Position numbers and translations under genes: made by a program | Assembly (NCBI RefSeq): GCF_009914755.1 | Contig: NC_060926.1 | Direction: 5' to 3' (one strand) | DNA length: 64,000 nucleotides | Source of the DNA: the human T2T-CHM13v2.0 reference genome, Homo sapiens | The notes under the pieces: generated by a model | The model's input: only the letters and a program-made list of their open reading frames with translations | What the model was told of the DNA's origin: nothing | The model's database searches: none | Part shown: piece after piece, positions 45,016 through 63,087 of the stretch | Layout: every line of letters begins with the position of its first letter | Position numbering within the stretch: the stretch's first letter is position 1

Positions 45016-47399
45016 CCTGCAAGGAAACAGATATAATCAGTAAGTTTCAGGGACAGAACCCTTCCATTCCTACGACAATGTTCCTAATGTCTGCAGTATT
45101 CTTCCCCACCCAGGGAGCACTACACAGCACCCTGCCTGCCTTGACAGAGGGGCAGTCACCCAACTGGAGCAGGGGTCTCTAGACCCTCTGCAGTGCCACC
45201 ACCCCTGAGAGATGTGTGTGGGAAGAACAGAGGCTCATTCTGCCCAGATAAGGAGAACACATTGCTGTAGAGAAGGATGTCAGCAGGGCTGGGCAGGAAG
45301 CCCTTTTGTCCTTCAAAGATGTTCAACCTTCCTGGCATTGGCCATGTGCTCCTGACCTCAGGTGTTTATCATGAGAGCTTTGATGGCCACCTCTTCAGAG
45401 AGGAGATACCGTGCTCTCATCCTCAGCTGTATCCATGGTCCCAAACAAAACACCAAAGCCCAAGGAGGTAGGGTAAAGACATCCTATGCCTGGGCGGGGG
45501 GCCTCTATCTCTGCTCCTACTTCTCCAGAGAAAACAAATACCCCGTTTGGGAACCAGAGACTTGTCCCATCAAAATCAGCTTTGACCAGCATAAATGCAG
45601 TCCTTGTCCCCACTGTCTCAGTTACCTTAGAGTTTAGGTCTGTCTGAAGACTCTTGGGGAGGCTCATCCTTTTGGAAAAGGAACTTTGTGAGAAAGAAGC
45701 TATGGTTAGGAGCCAAGAGGGTGATGAGCAGGCACGCTCCCCGGACTGCCGCTCACCTCCATGAGAAGACAGCCAGCGGCCTCGGGTCCACTCAGAGCTT
45801 GGGAAACAGACATTCTGCAGTGGGCCTGTGGCTAAATGAGAGGAGCCATTTTTCCATTTCTCCAGGGCCATGGTCAGGGTCCAGGGCCTCGTGAAGGCTA
45901 TCAAGAGAGCCCTGGGATCCTTCAAGGAGCGAGAACCCCTTTCACTGAAACAGGGGAGAAGCTGGGAACATGGTGGTGTGTGGGGAGTGGCAGGTGAGTC
46001 CAGCGCCACAGAGAGAGGAGCAGACGTCCCAGGCCAGCCACATGAGCTGCATCATGGCATCAGTGGGACAGCCCCTGAGGGCCACCCAGACTCTGACAGC
46101 CAGGGGAGCCAGGAGAGCAGACCTTGCCAAAAGGAGATGGCCCAAGGATGTGCTGTTGTGACTGTAACCCTGTTTTTAGAAGCAGGCTGGTAAGACCTGA
46201 GAAAGCATAGGTTACAGCAGATTTTAATGACATTTTGAATCAACAGAAAGCCTGTCACAAGTCGGCATGCCGCTAATTGCCTAATGAAAGAACAAACATG
46301 GGCCCTGACAAAAATGAGAGGACGTGGAAATCTCTGTGGGTGGAGAGACCTGAGCAGGCTTCACAGATGCAGAGCTGAGCTCGATAGCAGGAAAATGGAA
46401 AGAACTCAAGAGAAAGAAGGAATAGGAATGGGGTGGCAGGCACTTGTCTTGAGGGCACAAAGCATGAATGTGAACCCTCATCTGTTCCCCTCAGGGCCTC
46501 AGCCACTTCTCCCTGGAGCAGTGGATGGGCTACACTGAGTCCTGGGCAAGGCGATGGCCAGCCCTAGCCCTGCATGACTCTCTAGGACCAGAGGGAGGTA
46601 GCCAGGCACTCTTTGTTTTGCAGATCCTCTGGCCACAGCCACTAACTAGGGAGAGAATGTCTCTGCCCAGCAGCAGGGGTAGACGAGGGAGTGCCCTACA
46701 GATTGAGAAACTTGCCTCCTTGAACACCCAAGGTTTCACCTTTCCCAGAAGCATCATCTCACTTTAAATTCCCCCCAATTCTAGTCAAAATCCTTTTGAT
46801 GGTCATCAAAATTACATGACTGGCTTCATGCAATTTTAATGTTCTCTACCAACAAATTCTGCAAGAGAGATTCCCCCCAGGCATCCCCATTGATCATTCT
46901 AAGTAGATACAACAAAGCATTTCAAGACACAAGTTTTAACCGGAAAGAAAATGAAATGAATATTTCATTTATGATAGGTTATCTGATGATGAACTTTTTG
47001 TAATTTTTCCATTAAAAAATCAAACAACTAAATCCAACCCTTTATAAAGGCATTGACCAACCAGATGCCAGTCTCTTGAGTATATCAAATGTTGTCCTTT
47101 CAGACAAGGTTCCTATAACAACTGGAAAGGATTTGCAGGTCAATGACCTCTAAGATGATTTTACCAACCAAGTGAGTTAATTTGCTAAGATAGAAGCCCT
47201 TGTCATGTTCCACTTGTCCCTGGATTTGTAATTGCCTCTATTCTAATATCTCCACAACTCAGCATGGGCAAAGCAAAAGCTTGTACCTGGGACTTGAGAT
47301 CCTCCCAGAAGATTCCAGGAGACCACAGAAGCATTACAAAGCCTCGATCTGAATGAATTCATGCCCAAATGTTAACGGGTAATCAGAACTTTATGTGCT

Positions 47400-47850
47400 A
47401 TTGTTGTATGCAAAGAATCTGGCTATCCTTTGTCCCTGGTACCTGGGAGACAATCTCTTTATCCTCAGAAATTTCCTGAGTGATAGGACGGTCTATTATT
47501 CATGGTGGGCTTATGAGACCCTACCTAACCATACCCTTTTATGTTAACGAAATGACTCAGGATAGGAGCTGACCACAAGAGAAAGACTAACCATGTGATT
47601 AGAGGGCTGGGGCTTTGAGCCAGGGAATATCAGCACAACCTCCAGGGAGGGACAGGGCCTGGAGATCGAGTTCAATCACATGGCCAATGATTCAGTCAAT
47701 CACACCTACATAATGAAACTCCAGTAAAAATTCTGAACACCATGTCTTGCGTGAACTTTCTGGTGTGACAAACACCAATGTGCCTAGAGGGTGATGCATC
47801 CTGAGGACATGGAAGTTTTGTTTTGGGACCCTTCCAGGCCTTGCCTTTCC
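47400..47850 (+). mobile_element. MER21-like LTR
   Basis: ccatgtgattagagggctggggctttgagcc...gagttcaatcacatggccaatgattcagtcaatcacacctacataatgaaac. Confidence 0.65.
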
Positions 47851-48010
47851 AGAGGTATTGACTGAGTAGAAAAAAACAGGCTTATTCCTCATCCTTGATT
47901 CCATACAAAGCCAGGGATAGAGCAACATCTCTGCAGTACTCGGAATCTCCCTCCCATCACAGAGCCCACCTGACTAGCACAACCTGAGTTTATTAATTCA
48001 ACTATTTCTT

Positions 48011-48410
<400 letters not shown>

Positions 48411-48694
48411 TAATTTTCACCTCTTCATTTTCTTTCTGGAACTTGTATTAGCTGGATGTTGGACCTCATGGATTAATTATCTAATTTTATTGTCTTTTAT
48501 TTCCTATTTCCCATCTCTGTCTTTTTGTAGTTCTGTCTGGAACATTTCTGAAATGATCTCCCAACACTTCTATGGAATTTTTAAATTTACGCTATCATAT
48601 TTTTAGTCCCCAATAACTTTTTCTTTTACATAGCAACTTCTTCTTGTCTGGGAAAAACAATATTTTGTCAATTTAATGGTAATTGGGTTCTAAG

Positions 48695-49017
48695 GCTTTT
48701 TGTTTTGTTTTGTTCTTTGTTTTTTTTTTTTACTGGAGTTTCACTCTTGTTGCCCAGACTGGAGTTGCAGTGGCATGATCTAGGCTCAGGCTCACCATAT
48801 TCTCCGCCTCCCAGGTTCAAGGGATTCTCCTGCCTCAGCCTTCCGAGTAGCTGGGATTCCAGGCATGTACCACCACACCCGGCTAATTTTGTATTTGTAG
48901 TAGAGATGGGGTTTCTCCATGTTGGTCAGGCTGGTCTCGAACTCCCGACCTCAGGTGATCCACCCGCCTCAGCCTCCCAAAGTGCTGGGATTACAGGTGT
49001 GATCCACCATGCCCAGC
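48695..49017 (-). mobile_element. Alu (AluSp/Sq-like), ~0.9 kb upstream of the TEX51 ATG
   Basis: Reverse Alu within a minus-strand L1 fragment; TSD ggttctaag. Confidence 0.9.
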
Positions 49018-49792
49018 AAGGTTCTAAGTTTTATTCTGCTTCTTGTCATAACTCTGTACTCTTCCTATTTCCTGCAGTTTTTGTTTGCCTTTGTTTTGAA
49101 TTCTTGCTATGGTTTTTGTCTCTTGGTCATATTAGAGGCATTCCTTAAATGCCTAGTGGTCTTAGCTGCCCCTGATCCAGCCTAAGGCACTCAGAAGCAT
49201 GGCATAGAAGGGCAAAGCCTGCCCCCTGAGGAGTGACAAGGATCCCACTGGCTTTCTTTATTACAAAAGAGTAGGGAGTTTTGCCTTTTTTCAGGGTGCA
49301 TTGCACAAAAGAACCACTGCTCTGAACGTGACTTCTCTCTCTGCACTTCCATGCAATGCTGAGTGGAATTGTCTATACTCTGCCTGCACTGTGGTGTTAA
49401 GAGCTAAGACCCTCTGGCTTGACCAAACATGAGACAGCTGCCTGTTTATATATGCCATGAAAACATGTTTCTTCCATTAACTTCTCCTTGGTTGACCACT
49501 TCTTTGTGGAAAAGTGTAAAGAGATTCTGATTCTCTTCACTCAGCTAACCCTCTCACTGTGCTGCTCTTTTCTGCCTCTCAAATTTCAGCTCTGTTAAAC
49601 TCTTCCACACCAGATGAACACAGTCAGGATAGCTGAGCATCCACCACCAGGCAGTGCAGCCATCCTTCTGATCCTCACAAGGACCTTCCCTGCTGAGCAC
49701 GTGACTCCAAGTTCAGAGGAAGAACTATGTACCGAGGCTCCCACTTGGGTCCGATCCCAACGCTTGGGTTCATATCATGACACCACAGCTGA

Positions 49793-52907
<3,115 letters not shown>

Positions 52908-53076
52908 ACAGAGGCCGCAGCTACCACCGTCACAAAGTTCACTCATCTCTGGGTCCCGGTGACCCCATCCCCCCATACCCTCCATCCTGGGTCCTGGGGC
53001 CCCAAAGCTCTGAGGCCTAGGAGACTGCGCTGTCTCGTGGTTTGCCTACTCCTACACCTTTGTAAAGAGTCTCTTC

Positions 53077-53082
53077 ATTAAA
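53077..53082 (+). terminator. polyadenylation signal ATTAAA of TEX51
   Basis: Common poly(A) hexamer variant ~170 nt after the stop, followed by sequence containing GT/T elements (gttgactgtgctatctgtct). Confidence 0.65.
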
Positions 53083-55549
53083 ACCCCTCTTCATAGCCTA
53101 GTTGACTGTGCTATCTGTCTCCTGCCGGGTGCTGAGATGACATCTCTTCCCGAGTTACCCTGTGTGCCATGTCCCATCCCCTCACCCTCCCACTCCTCTC
53201 CAGAATCATCCTGTCCTGGTCCCAAAATGATGATTTTATGGGCTCATCCAGGCCTCACCTAATTCCAATACCTGAGACGAGGCCAGAGGTGGCCTGGGCG
53301 CCCCCCTCTGCATCTCAGTTTCCCCATCTGAGCACAAGGAGATGGGGGTGTGATGCTTTGGCCAGGCTGGTGTGCTCCGACCCAGGAACCTGCCCACCTC
53401 ATATTTATTGTCCAGTATTTGGCCATGCCATGGGTGCAGATCCAAAGCCCTCACTCCCCTTTTCTCCTTCAGTCCACCGAAGTCCTGCCAGGGTCCTCAG
53501 CCCAGCTCCTAAAAGGAGAACACCTGTCTCCTTAGGCCCTGTTTGTACTTGCTCCTCGGAGCTGGCAGCTCAGCCTGGAAGGCTTGGACTCAGGCTGACT
53601 TAACACCACCAACCCATGGTAAGGGCTGCTTCTTGGAAGACAGCCAAGGACTGCAGGAGGCCTAGACATAAACAGAGCATAAATGGCAGCAGGGCAGAGA
53701 GTGCCATGGCCGAGGGCAGCGGTGGGTCTCCAGTCACAGGCACCTCCCTCTCACCCAGCTGGGGGATCCAGGAAGGCTTCCCTGAGGTGGTGTCTTACAC
53801 CCATGTGACAGCCCAGAGAAGGGCAGGAAGGAAGAGAGGGGTGTTTTGATTGGCATTGCCGAGGAGCAGAGGTCTGAGAGACCTTGAGAGTTTCAGGAAT
53901 CTCCAGGGATTGTGGTCTGGCTGGAGTGGGTGACACAAGCAAGCATGTGGTGAGAGGTAAGATGCTAAGTGAGGAGACAGAAGAACCCACAGAGGCTCCC
54001 GGGGCAGCAGGAAGGCGTGGAACGCTGGGAGTCCTGTGGCCGAGAAAGAGATGCCAAGTGGGTGGGTGGGTGTGAATAGACACGGTTCCGCTGAGGCTCC
54101 CCTTCCACCCTTCTTGCTTTACTAGACTGGGGAGTCCACAGATGTAAGGTGGCTTTGGAAGATGTATAGCACTCCAAGGACATTGCCATATAGCAAGGGT
54201 GGAGGTGCAGCCATTCTGCAGGAATGGGTTAGAGCCCCCAGGCAGGTGGCATAGCTCTGGGGGGCTGTGGTTTTTTCCACATGCCTGGGGAGCTGGTGCC
54301 ATCCAGGACACAGGAGATGCCAGGCCCTCCAGGCAGCGATGGTGTTTTCCTTTTTGTATTTAAATTAGGACCTAGACCATTACCTCAAAAGTATCCAGAG
54401 TGGGTGTTTTCTGATGAGTGCAGTAAAAAATAGAAAACTCTGGGTGTGATGTATGTGAAGCATGAATTGGTGTGTTTGTCTTTGTGTATGAATCTTTTGT
54501 CAAAGAGTTTTCTTATTTTCATGAAAACTGTATATTGAGTTTAGCTAGAGTACAAAGGTCAAGGAATTTAGAGTCAGGCAAACCTTGGTCAAAACATAGG
54601 GTCTGGAGGAATTCTTTCAACTATGACAGAGCAACTTATAGCAGACTAACACTCCAGGCAAGGGCAACTAGAAATAACTTACATCAAAGGACAAAACAAA
54701 ACAAAAATACTGTTTTAAGGCATAAGAAGAGGCAGGCCCTAAGCATTCAGGTCCTGGAGAGAAGGGGTGCCCTGGATGAGCCCTGTGTCCTGCTGCAGGT
54801 GCCCCTCTGCATGGGTGAGCTACAGCAGCAGCAGGGAGACTCAGGGAGACTGCAGGGGCTTGACTGAGGATGACCTCAAAGTTTGGGAGAGCTTTCTGCA
54901 ACATCACGGGACAGAGGAGACAATAGTTGGAGTCTGAGATATGCCAAAACGGAACATGAAGGATTCAGAGACCTGAAAGCAGGGAGGTGCAGAAAAGTCA
55001 AACAAACATACTGCATCTATTTCTTTCCCACCCTCCAAAGTACCTTCATGCAGTACAGGGCTAAAGGCAAAGAACCCAAGCAGAAAGTATCTGAAATGCA
55101 ATTGATTAGAGATCTGGATGCTGGGGAAATAAAAATTGGAGGTTTTGACCCACATAGGAAGATGATCCTTGGTAAATACTGCAGGATATTGATTGGGAAG
55201 GCTATACTCTGAAAGTGGGCATGTGCACAAGAGGCAAACCAATCCCTACAAAGCATGACATGAAGTTTCAAGGCATTCAGCCCCTGACAAAAATAAAGAG
55301 GTCTATTATTCTACATTGACTGATGGAGGATAGGGTAAACACTTTATGAAGGAAAATATCATCTATAGCCCCTATGATGTTTGATTTATAATGTCCAGTA
55401 TCCAAACACATATTAACAGGTATACCCCAAAAAAAACAGGATCAAGAGAAAAAACAGACAAAAGAAACAAACCTATAAGTGACCACAAGTGAGTTATCAG
55501 ATATTAATATTAAAATGACTGATTAGTGCTTTCAAAAATGTTTAAGATT

Positions 55550-56380
<831 letters not shown>

Positions 56381-59300
56381 ATAGGGTGCAGCTGCTTTAT
56401 GTATATCTGTGTGTGTGTGTATGCACGTGTGCATGCACTTCTAAGAGATTCATTGACAGCATTCCAGAGTGGCCCTCCTCTTGGCCAATGAGCAGAGGCC
56501 ACCAACATTCCTGCTGACAAGCAGGAGAGTTTGTTAGTAAATGATCATTTATCAGGACTCTGGAAGTGTCTCATGTACCCCCGAGCCTGACCAGTCTGGA
56601 GCAGCCCAAACAAGGGTTCCCAGCCTCCTAGCAGGGCTGCCTTCCAGATCCCTGCCCCACTCCACCCTCCCCTTCCTCTCCGCCCTCTCCAGCCTTGGCT
56701 GAATCTCCCAGGCTTTGTTCTCCACACATGCCTTATGGCCCCTCCCTTCTATCAGTGGTCACACTAAACTTCTTCCTCAAAAAACTCTCCTCATGCATGT
56801 ATTGGCTCCACCACATACAGCCAGAGACTCTTCTGGGCAAGAGGGAGGCATCTTCCTAGATGCTTTCTAGTTCCTCAGCTACTTGTCACTTTATCTCATT
56901 TAACTATACCAACCCGGAGCATACTTTACAATCCTCTTTTTGCAGAGGAAGAAATTGGGGGCTAGGGAGAACGTTGCTTAGTCGGCCACTTCTTTTTTCC
57001 AAAGAGCGTTCTAGACTTTTCCATGGCATCTGGAACCTGGGAACTAAGATGAAGTCATCCCTCTCCCCTACCCCAGTAGCTACAGTTCATTTCCTCTGTG
57101 GGTGCCCGCTTTTATCAACTGAAGGGGTGCTAGCTGGCCCTATGCCATTACGCCCCTAGGCTGCTGCCTAGACTGCAATGGAAAATTCCACTTGAGTGTG
57201 GGCATTGCTCTTTGAAATCAGTTTTTCTATTTCTCCTTTTTAGTCACTCATTTGTCGAGCACCTTCAATTGCCAGGCTGTGTGACAGGTGCATTATAGAG
57301 ACCATCCCCAGTCTCAGCATAACCCCCCATGAAGGTTCTCTTCCCCTGGGACACATGTCAGAACACAGCGTGCCCCCACCAGCTGGCCCACTGTAAAGTG
57401 TGGGTGTGTGCGGGTAAGGTGTGCTTACCTGAACACATCCAGAGTGCACAGCTTCATAGATGCTGCATCTCAGACCAAAACCTAGAGAGATTAGGCAAAG
57501 GTCCAAAGACTTTGCACCAAGCTTTCCTCCTTGTACCCTGACTTCCTGCTGAAACTGCTGCATGAAGGGAGGTGAGAGAAACAGAGGCAATTCTCAGGAA
57601 TAGAATCTTAGCAGAAATGAGACAAGTTAATGAGAAATGAAGACATAAGGCTTATCCTGCCAGAAGAAAGGCTGTTCCCATGCTATGGTGTTAACTGGTA
57701 AAAACTGACTAGGCTCCCATCCCCTTGATGAGAGTTTTAAACAGAGAAAGAACTATATCATCACGTTTGCTTGCGGTGAAAGCTCCTTATTTTTCTCTGC
57801 CTTGGGGAATTCAGAAGGCTTTCACTTCTGTTTGTAGTTTGGAGTGGGGCATAGGAGCACCACCTCTGTCAAATGCCAGTGTGGAAGCTGACACCAACGG
57901 ACACCGAGAGACAGAGCCCACACTCTGCAGATCACAGCATCTCTTGCCAAAGGAGGTGAGCCAGGAAGCTGCTAGGAGTTCCCGGGGAGCAGCTGTGACA
58001 TGCTGACGAGACTTATCACTGACTCCCGACTCTGCTGCTGAACCCAGCAACAGCGTCCTACACAGTGCCCACCTGGTTCACATCACCAGGGACCTGTACT
58101 CGTGACTGTCTGAGCCCATCTCCTCTAGAAACCCCTATCAGTCCTGGGGAATAAAACCCTTCTCTCATTCCCAGCACCCTTACTCTGGACCATCCAGTGC
58201 ATCCTCCCTGTACTCCACCTCCATTACCATTTCTTTTCACCACCATTTTCCACCATCCGGGTCAGGCCACAGCTCTGCACCCACCGACTGCACCTTCCTA
58301 GAACCTCCAGAGGGCAAGGATTGCTTGTGTACCGAGTTTCTTTGTGCCAGGAGGAGCCAAAGAGCCCTCACCTATGCCATCTCCAAATGCCTGCCTATGA
58401 AAGGGTTGCTCTTTTTATCTCCAACTTAATGGATGAGGATACTGAGGCTTAGGACATTTAAATAACACTAGCACAGAAAGAAGAAGCAGCAGAGGTTAGG
58501 TTCTCGCCCAGGACTGTCCACCTACGCAAGTCACTTCACAATGCTACCCTCTCAGGACTGTGCCTGGGCCATTTGATGGGTCTTCCCCAAAGTTTTCACC
58601 TGCACACTTCAGTGTCCACTCTTGGATCCTCTTACAGATAACTGAGTCAATCCCTTATATGGGGATTCTTGTCGGCTTTCCTCTCATGCTACAAGGGAAT
58701 GTCTAGAGTCTGGACGTTGCCTCCCCTCCCGTGTGGGCAGATGTTAGCTGAGGTAAAACCACACGGACCAGGCTTGGCCTGACGTAGAGCAGGCAGGAAC
58801 TCCCAGCGGAGGCAGGGCCAGGACAGAGGGGTGCTCAGAAAAGGCCTTATTTGGAGCTGACACTCAATCTGAGACCAGAAAGTGGGGAGGCTGGGCAAGA
58901 GGAGCACCAACGAGCCCTCCAAGCCCAGGGCAGCCCGTGGGAGGTGCAGAGCGAGTGAGGAGAAGAAGGTAGAGGACGAGGGGAAGGAACCACAGCCCAG
59001 ATCATGCAGAACTACGTGGTTCATGTCAGAAAGTTGCATCTTTTGAGTGAGACAAGGCGCTGGAGGGCTTTAAGCGGGGGAACAATATGATCTAATATAT
59101 GCCTTAAATGGCTGATGGTAGAAAATGGAAATAGGGGATAAGGATGGGGAGGACGAATGTGGTGGGGTCCCCTGAAGACCACCCTCCCTTTCTGAGCTGT
59201 GCAATACTCCAAGCACATGAACCTGTGGTCCCAGAAGCCCCCTCCACCATGCAAGCCACGTCTTCACACCAGGGGCCTAGTGAGCAAGTCGGCAGGACTC

Positions 59301-60214
59301 AGTGGATGATAGGAAATCTCAATTGCTGTAACTTAAAAACCTTCATATGCTGGGGTCCTTCTGGCTTAGGTTCTGTGGATCCAGAATGCTCCAGAGAAGC
59401 ATTAGGGATATGAGGATGTTTATGAAAATAATTCTTAAAGAGTCTTCTGGTTTCTGATGGAGGATTGAATGTATTTATCTAATTTTTCTCCCTCCTGAAA
59501 TTCCATTAAAACTATATTAAAGGATTTGTTAAAATCATAAACCCACAGAGATGGGAGAACAGGAGAGAAGACAGCAGCAATTAAACTTCAGTAGCTGGAG
59601 GTGACTGAATTAGCATACCCAAGACACTCAGATCCGAAGCCAGCAACAGAGGAAAAGGAGACCCATCCCAAGTGGTGCTGCAGAATCCTGAAGGCCAGTG
59701 GCATGCCACAGGGGAGGGGCAGGGACAGCAGCGGAAGCCATCGGCCCCTGCTGCAAGCGGTAAGAGCATGTATTATGTACAGAAAAAGTAAAGCAAGAAT
59801 AAAACCGACGACCAGGCAGTCTGCTGCTCTTATCACCACACATGGGAAGTTTTAAACAATAACACTGATACAACTCTCCTCCCTGCCAGAGTCGCCCATG
59901 CCCCCAACCTCATCCAGCACGGCTCAAATGCCTCAGGGGCCAGCAGTGCCAGGGTCTTCTGCGCTGTGGGCAGGCAGGGGCAGGCTAAAGGAAAGGGCTG
60001 GGGGAGTGCATAAGAAACCTCCGCCCCACTTCGTGCCCCTGGAAATTGCCCCTCCTCCCCTTCCATAGAAGCCTGCAGTGGGGGTGCCAGACACTGGCAA
60101 GAGTGTGAATTTTGGATCCAAAACAGATGTCTGGGTGATTGTATGCATGTGGCATGATTAATGTACAGGCCCCTCGCCCTCTGTATCCAGAATGTAAGCA
60201 GTGGGACTCTGACT

Positions 60215-61100
60215 CTTGTGTGAACCATCTCTTTTTATTTTCTGCGTTCTGATGTTTTGATATCTGGGGCCTTGCCGACCCTAGAAGGCCCACCCCTCCC
60301 AGGGCTAGCTAACTCCTGGAGATTGCAAGCAATCTCACACTTGCCTGCGAGTGTGCCTTTCCATTGCAAACCAACCAATCCAGAGCCTACAACCCCAACC
60401 ACCTCCTTTATGGGGCTCTCACACTCCAGACCACTACCCAGCTACTGTGATACTCTCAGCACCAGGGACCAGAAGTGGGCTCAGCCCCTCTGCAGCAGAG
60501 GTCGCTGAGATTATTCAAACTACCCATTGCTAAACTCGCTTACACAGTCTCACCCATTCTTTCCGAAAGAAACCACAATAAAGGCCCTTGCCCACATTTT
60601 CCCCTCACTCCCTCTGCCTCCTGACCCACCCTGGTGCTTCCCTATGTGGCCCTATGTGGCATGTCCTGCCTCCTGTTTCCAGGAAACTATGAGTATAAAA
60701 AACTTCTTCCGTCATGACCGTCATTTCCATGTCTGTGTGTCTACGCCAGATCAAAACAAATCAGGCACCTTTAAAACACCTGGCACAGTGAACATGGCTT
60801 GATGCCACGTGGGGATGATACGCTCTAGGCTGCTGTAGCCTCACTGATTGGATCCCACAGACAGCACCCACTGCCAGGTAAGGCACTGCTGCTTGTTGGC
60901 ACCCTGTATCTAGACAGCTGCATTGTCTCTGCCAGGTGTAACCCCAGTATCCTCCACTTCCTTTGCCTCCTGACCAACCCTGGTGCATCCCCATGTGGCC
61001 CCTATGGTGTGGCAAGCCCCCTTCTCTTGGGATCTGTGAGTATAACAAACTAGTCCTTCGGTGGCACCCGTCTCCTGATCTGTTGGCTTCACCATACCTG
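60215..61100 (+). mobile_element. Adjacent ERV LTR remnants (subfamily uncertain)
   Basis: ttctgatgttttgatatctggggccttgccgaccctag...aaaccacaataaaggcccttgcc; a related segment occurs at both ~60610-60700 and ~60960-61050. Confidence 0.55.
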
Positions 61101-61114
61101 AAAATAGTGCAATC

Positions 61115-61402
<288 letters not shown>

Positions 61403-61633
61403 AAAGAATCATACCGTGTAGGTAGGGACAGCCCTGGGAAAGCCACTCTGGCTTCAGAGGGTGATTCTTTGCTCAACTGCTGATGGCTCTTGAGTTTGTA
61501 CTCCTTACATAAAGCAGTAAGAAGACAAAAATCATTTTCCTAACTCCTCCAAAATGCACAAAGCTGCTCTTACCCAGGAGTTAGTACATTTGATTATTTT
61601 GAAAGGCTGTTTCTTTTTGTTCATTCTCCCCAC

Positions 61634-62070
61634 TGTTAAAAGACAAAATTTCAACAAAATGAGTTTAATGATCTAATTGGCTTTTATTAGCAATTCATAA
61701 ATCAAGCAGCATCCTGTGTATGAAATGGATGCTCCACTGAGCTGAGAAGAGCAGGTAGGCTTTACAGACAAAAAGGGTAGAGGGAAGCAGACACAGAGAA
61801 CAAAAGACAGACAGGTGGTTTCAAAGTGACTTTCCTGATAGGGTTAAAAGAGAGGGGACTTCCTTATTTTGCCTGCAGCTCAGGAACACCAGGCCCCTTC
61901 TGACTGGTTGTGATAAATTTTTCCTAATTTTAAGAAAACTGGCCCATTTCCAAGTTCAGTTTTATGACGTGGCACCTAGCACAAGTGACTCCATTCTGGT
62001 TTGGTCTCATCTGTGGGGCCTAGGGCAGGAGCTCAGTCCAAACCAATGGCCTCCAGTAAATCCTATTTAA
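61634..62070 (-). mobile_element. ERV1 (MER4-group-like) LTR
   Basis: tgttaaaagacaaaatttc...ctaattggcttttattagcaattcat...ccaaaccaatggcctcc...tatttaa. Confidence 0.5.
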
Positions 62071-62104
62071 GCCCACCTGCCCCACCTCCAAGCCACGCCA
62101 TCTC

Positions 62105-63087
62105 AAGCAGTGTGAAGGCCAGAGGTTCTTCACGTCCACTTTGAGCTACAAAAACAGCCAGCCAGGCTCTGAAACCCCAACTTGGAGGGGCCCAACAAAA
62201 CTCTTGGATGTGGGACCATCTCCCTCTGTCACAGATGGAAGGGAAAGGAGAAGAGGGCCATTGTGTTGATCAGAGCCAGCTGCTAGAAGACTCACTGGGA
62301 CTCTGAGAAGTCGGCAGCGGAGCCCCACCCAGCCACACATTAGTATTAAGCACTGGAGAAGAATGAGCTAGACTCATTCAAGGTTTGGGGATGTTTTGCT
62401 CCCTCACCCCACCACACCCTCACCCTTTTGGTTTACTCCCAAAGACCCACCTGAGAAAAGGCTGTGGTGGTGGGCTGGCTCTGGGGGACTGCAGCCTGCA
62501 GGTGAGAGCAGCCCCCTGCCCAGCACTCCAGCTTCACGTCAGCACACAGAAACTTCCACCCATGAGCCAGGTCACCAAGCCTGCATCATATCTCATGTCC
62601 TTAGGCTCTAGCAGTGAGTGACCATGTCTGGACGGCCCCAAACCTAGGGATTCTCCGTCCACCCTACTCAGGGCCTTTCCATAGGGCCCCAGCTCTCAGA
62701 AACTTATCAGCTCTGGAAATCCAGGCGGGTGGCAGAGCTAGGGGGAGACCATGGGCTTGTCCCACTCCAAAGCCCACACACCTCTCTCGCAGACAACTGA
62801 CAGAAGATGCAGGAAGGAGACCAGAAACTGTTGCTACAATCTAATTCAGTCAGAAGAAAGTGTAGAGACATAAGCAAGCATTGAGTGACTTTATAATCAA
62901 CGTCTCACCAAGACATAACTTGAGTTCATAAGAATCCAGGGAAGGACTAGATCAGTGGGTTGAGAGAATCATGAATGGCTTCTGGGCCAACTTGAGTTGG
63001 GCCCCTCCAAGTTGGGGTTTCAGAGCCTGGCTGGGTGTTTTTGTAGCTTAAAATGGACATGAAGCGCCTCTGGCCTTCATGCTGCTT
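62105..63087. repeat. 92-bp inverted repeat pair (62105-62196 / 62996-63087), ~91% identical, 799-bp spacer
   Basis: Manual alignment: 8 mismatches, no indels. Confidence 0.9.

Noticed and set aside
58140-58175. AATAAAacccttctctcat resembling the TEX51 poly(A) context ATTAAAacccctcttcat (paralogue remnant or distal 3' end)
   Set aside because: Similarity does not extend beyond ~18 nt and I could not build linked exons; may be an old LTR or chance.
60610-61050. Two similar ~90-bp segments suggesting a local duplication
   Set aside because: They are diverged and lie within LTR-like sequence; best explained as related LTR remnants.
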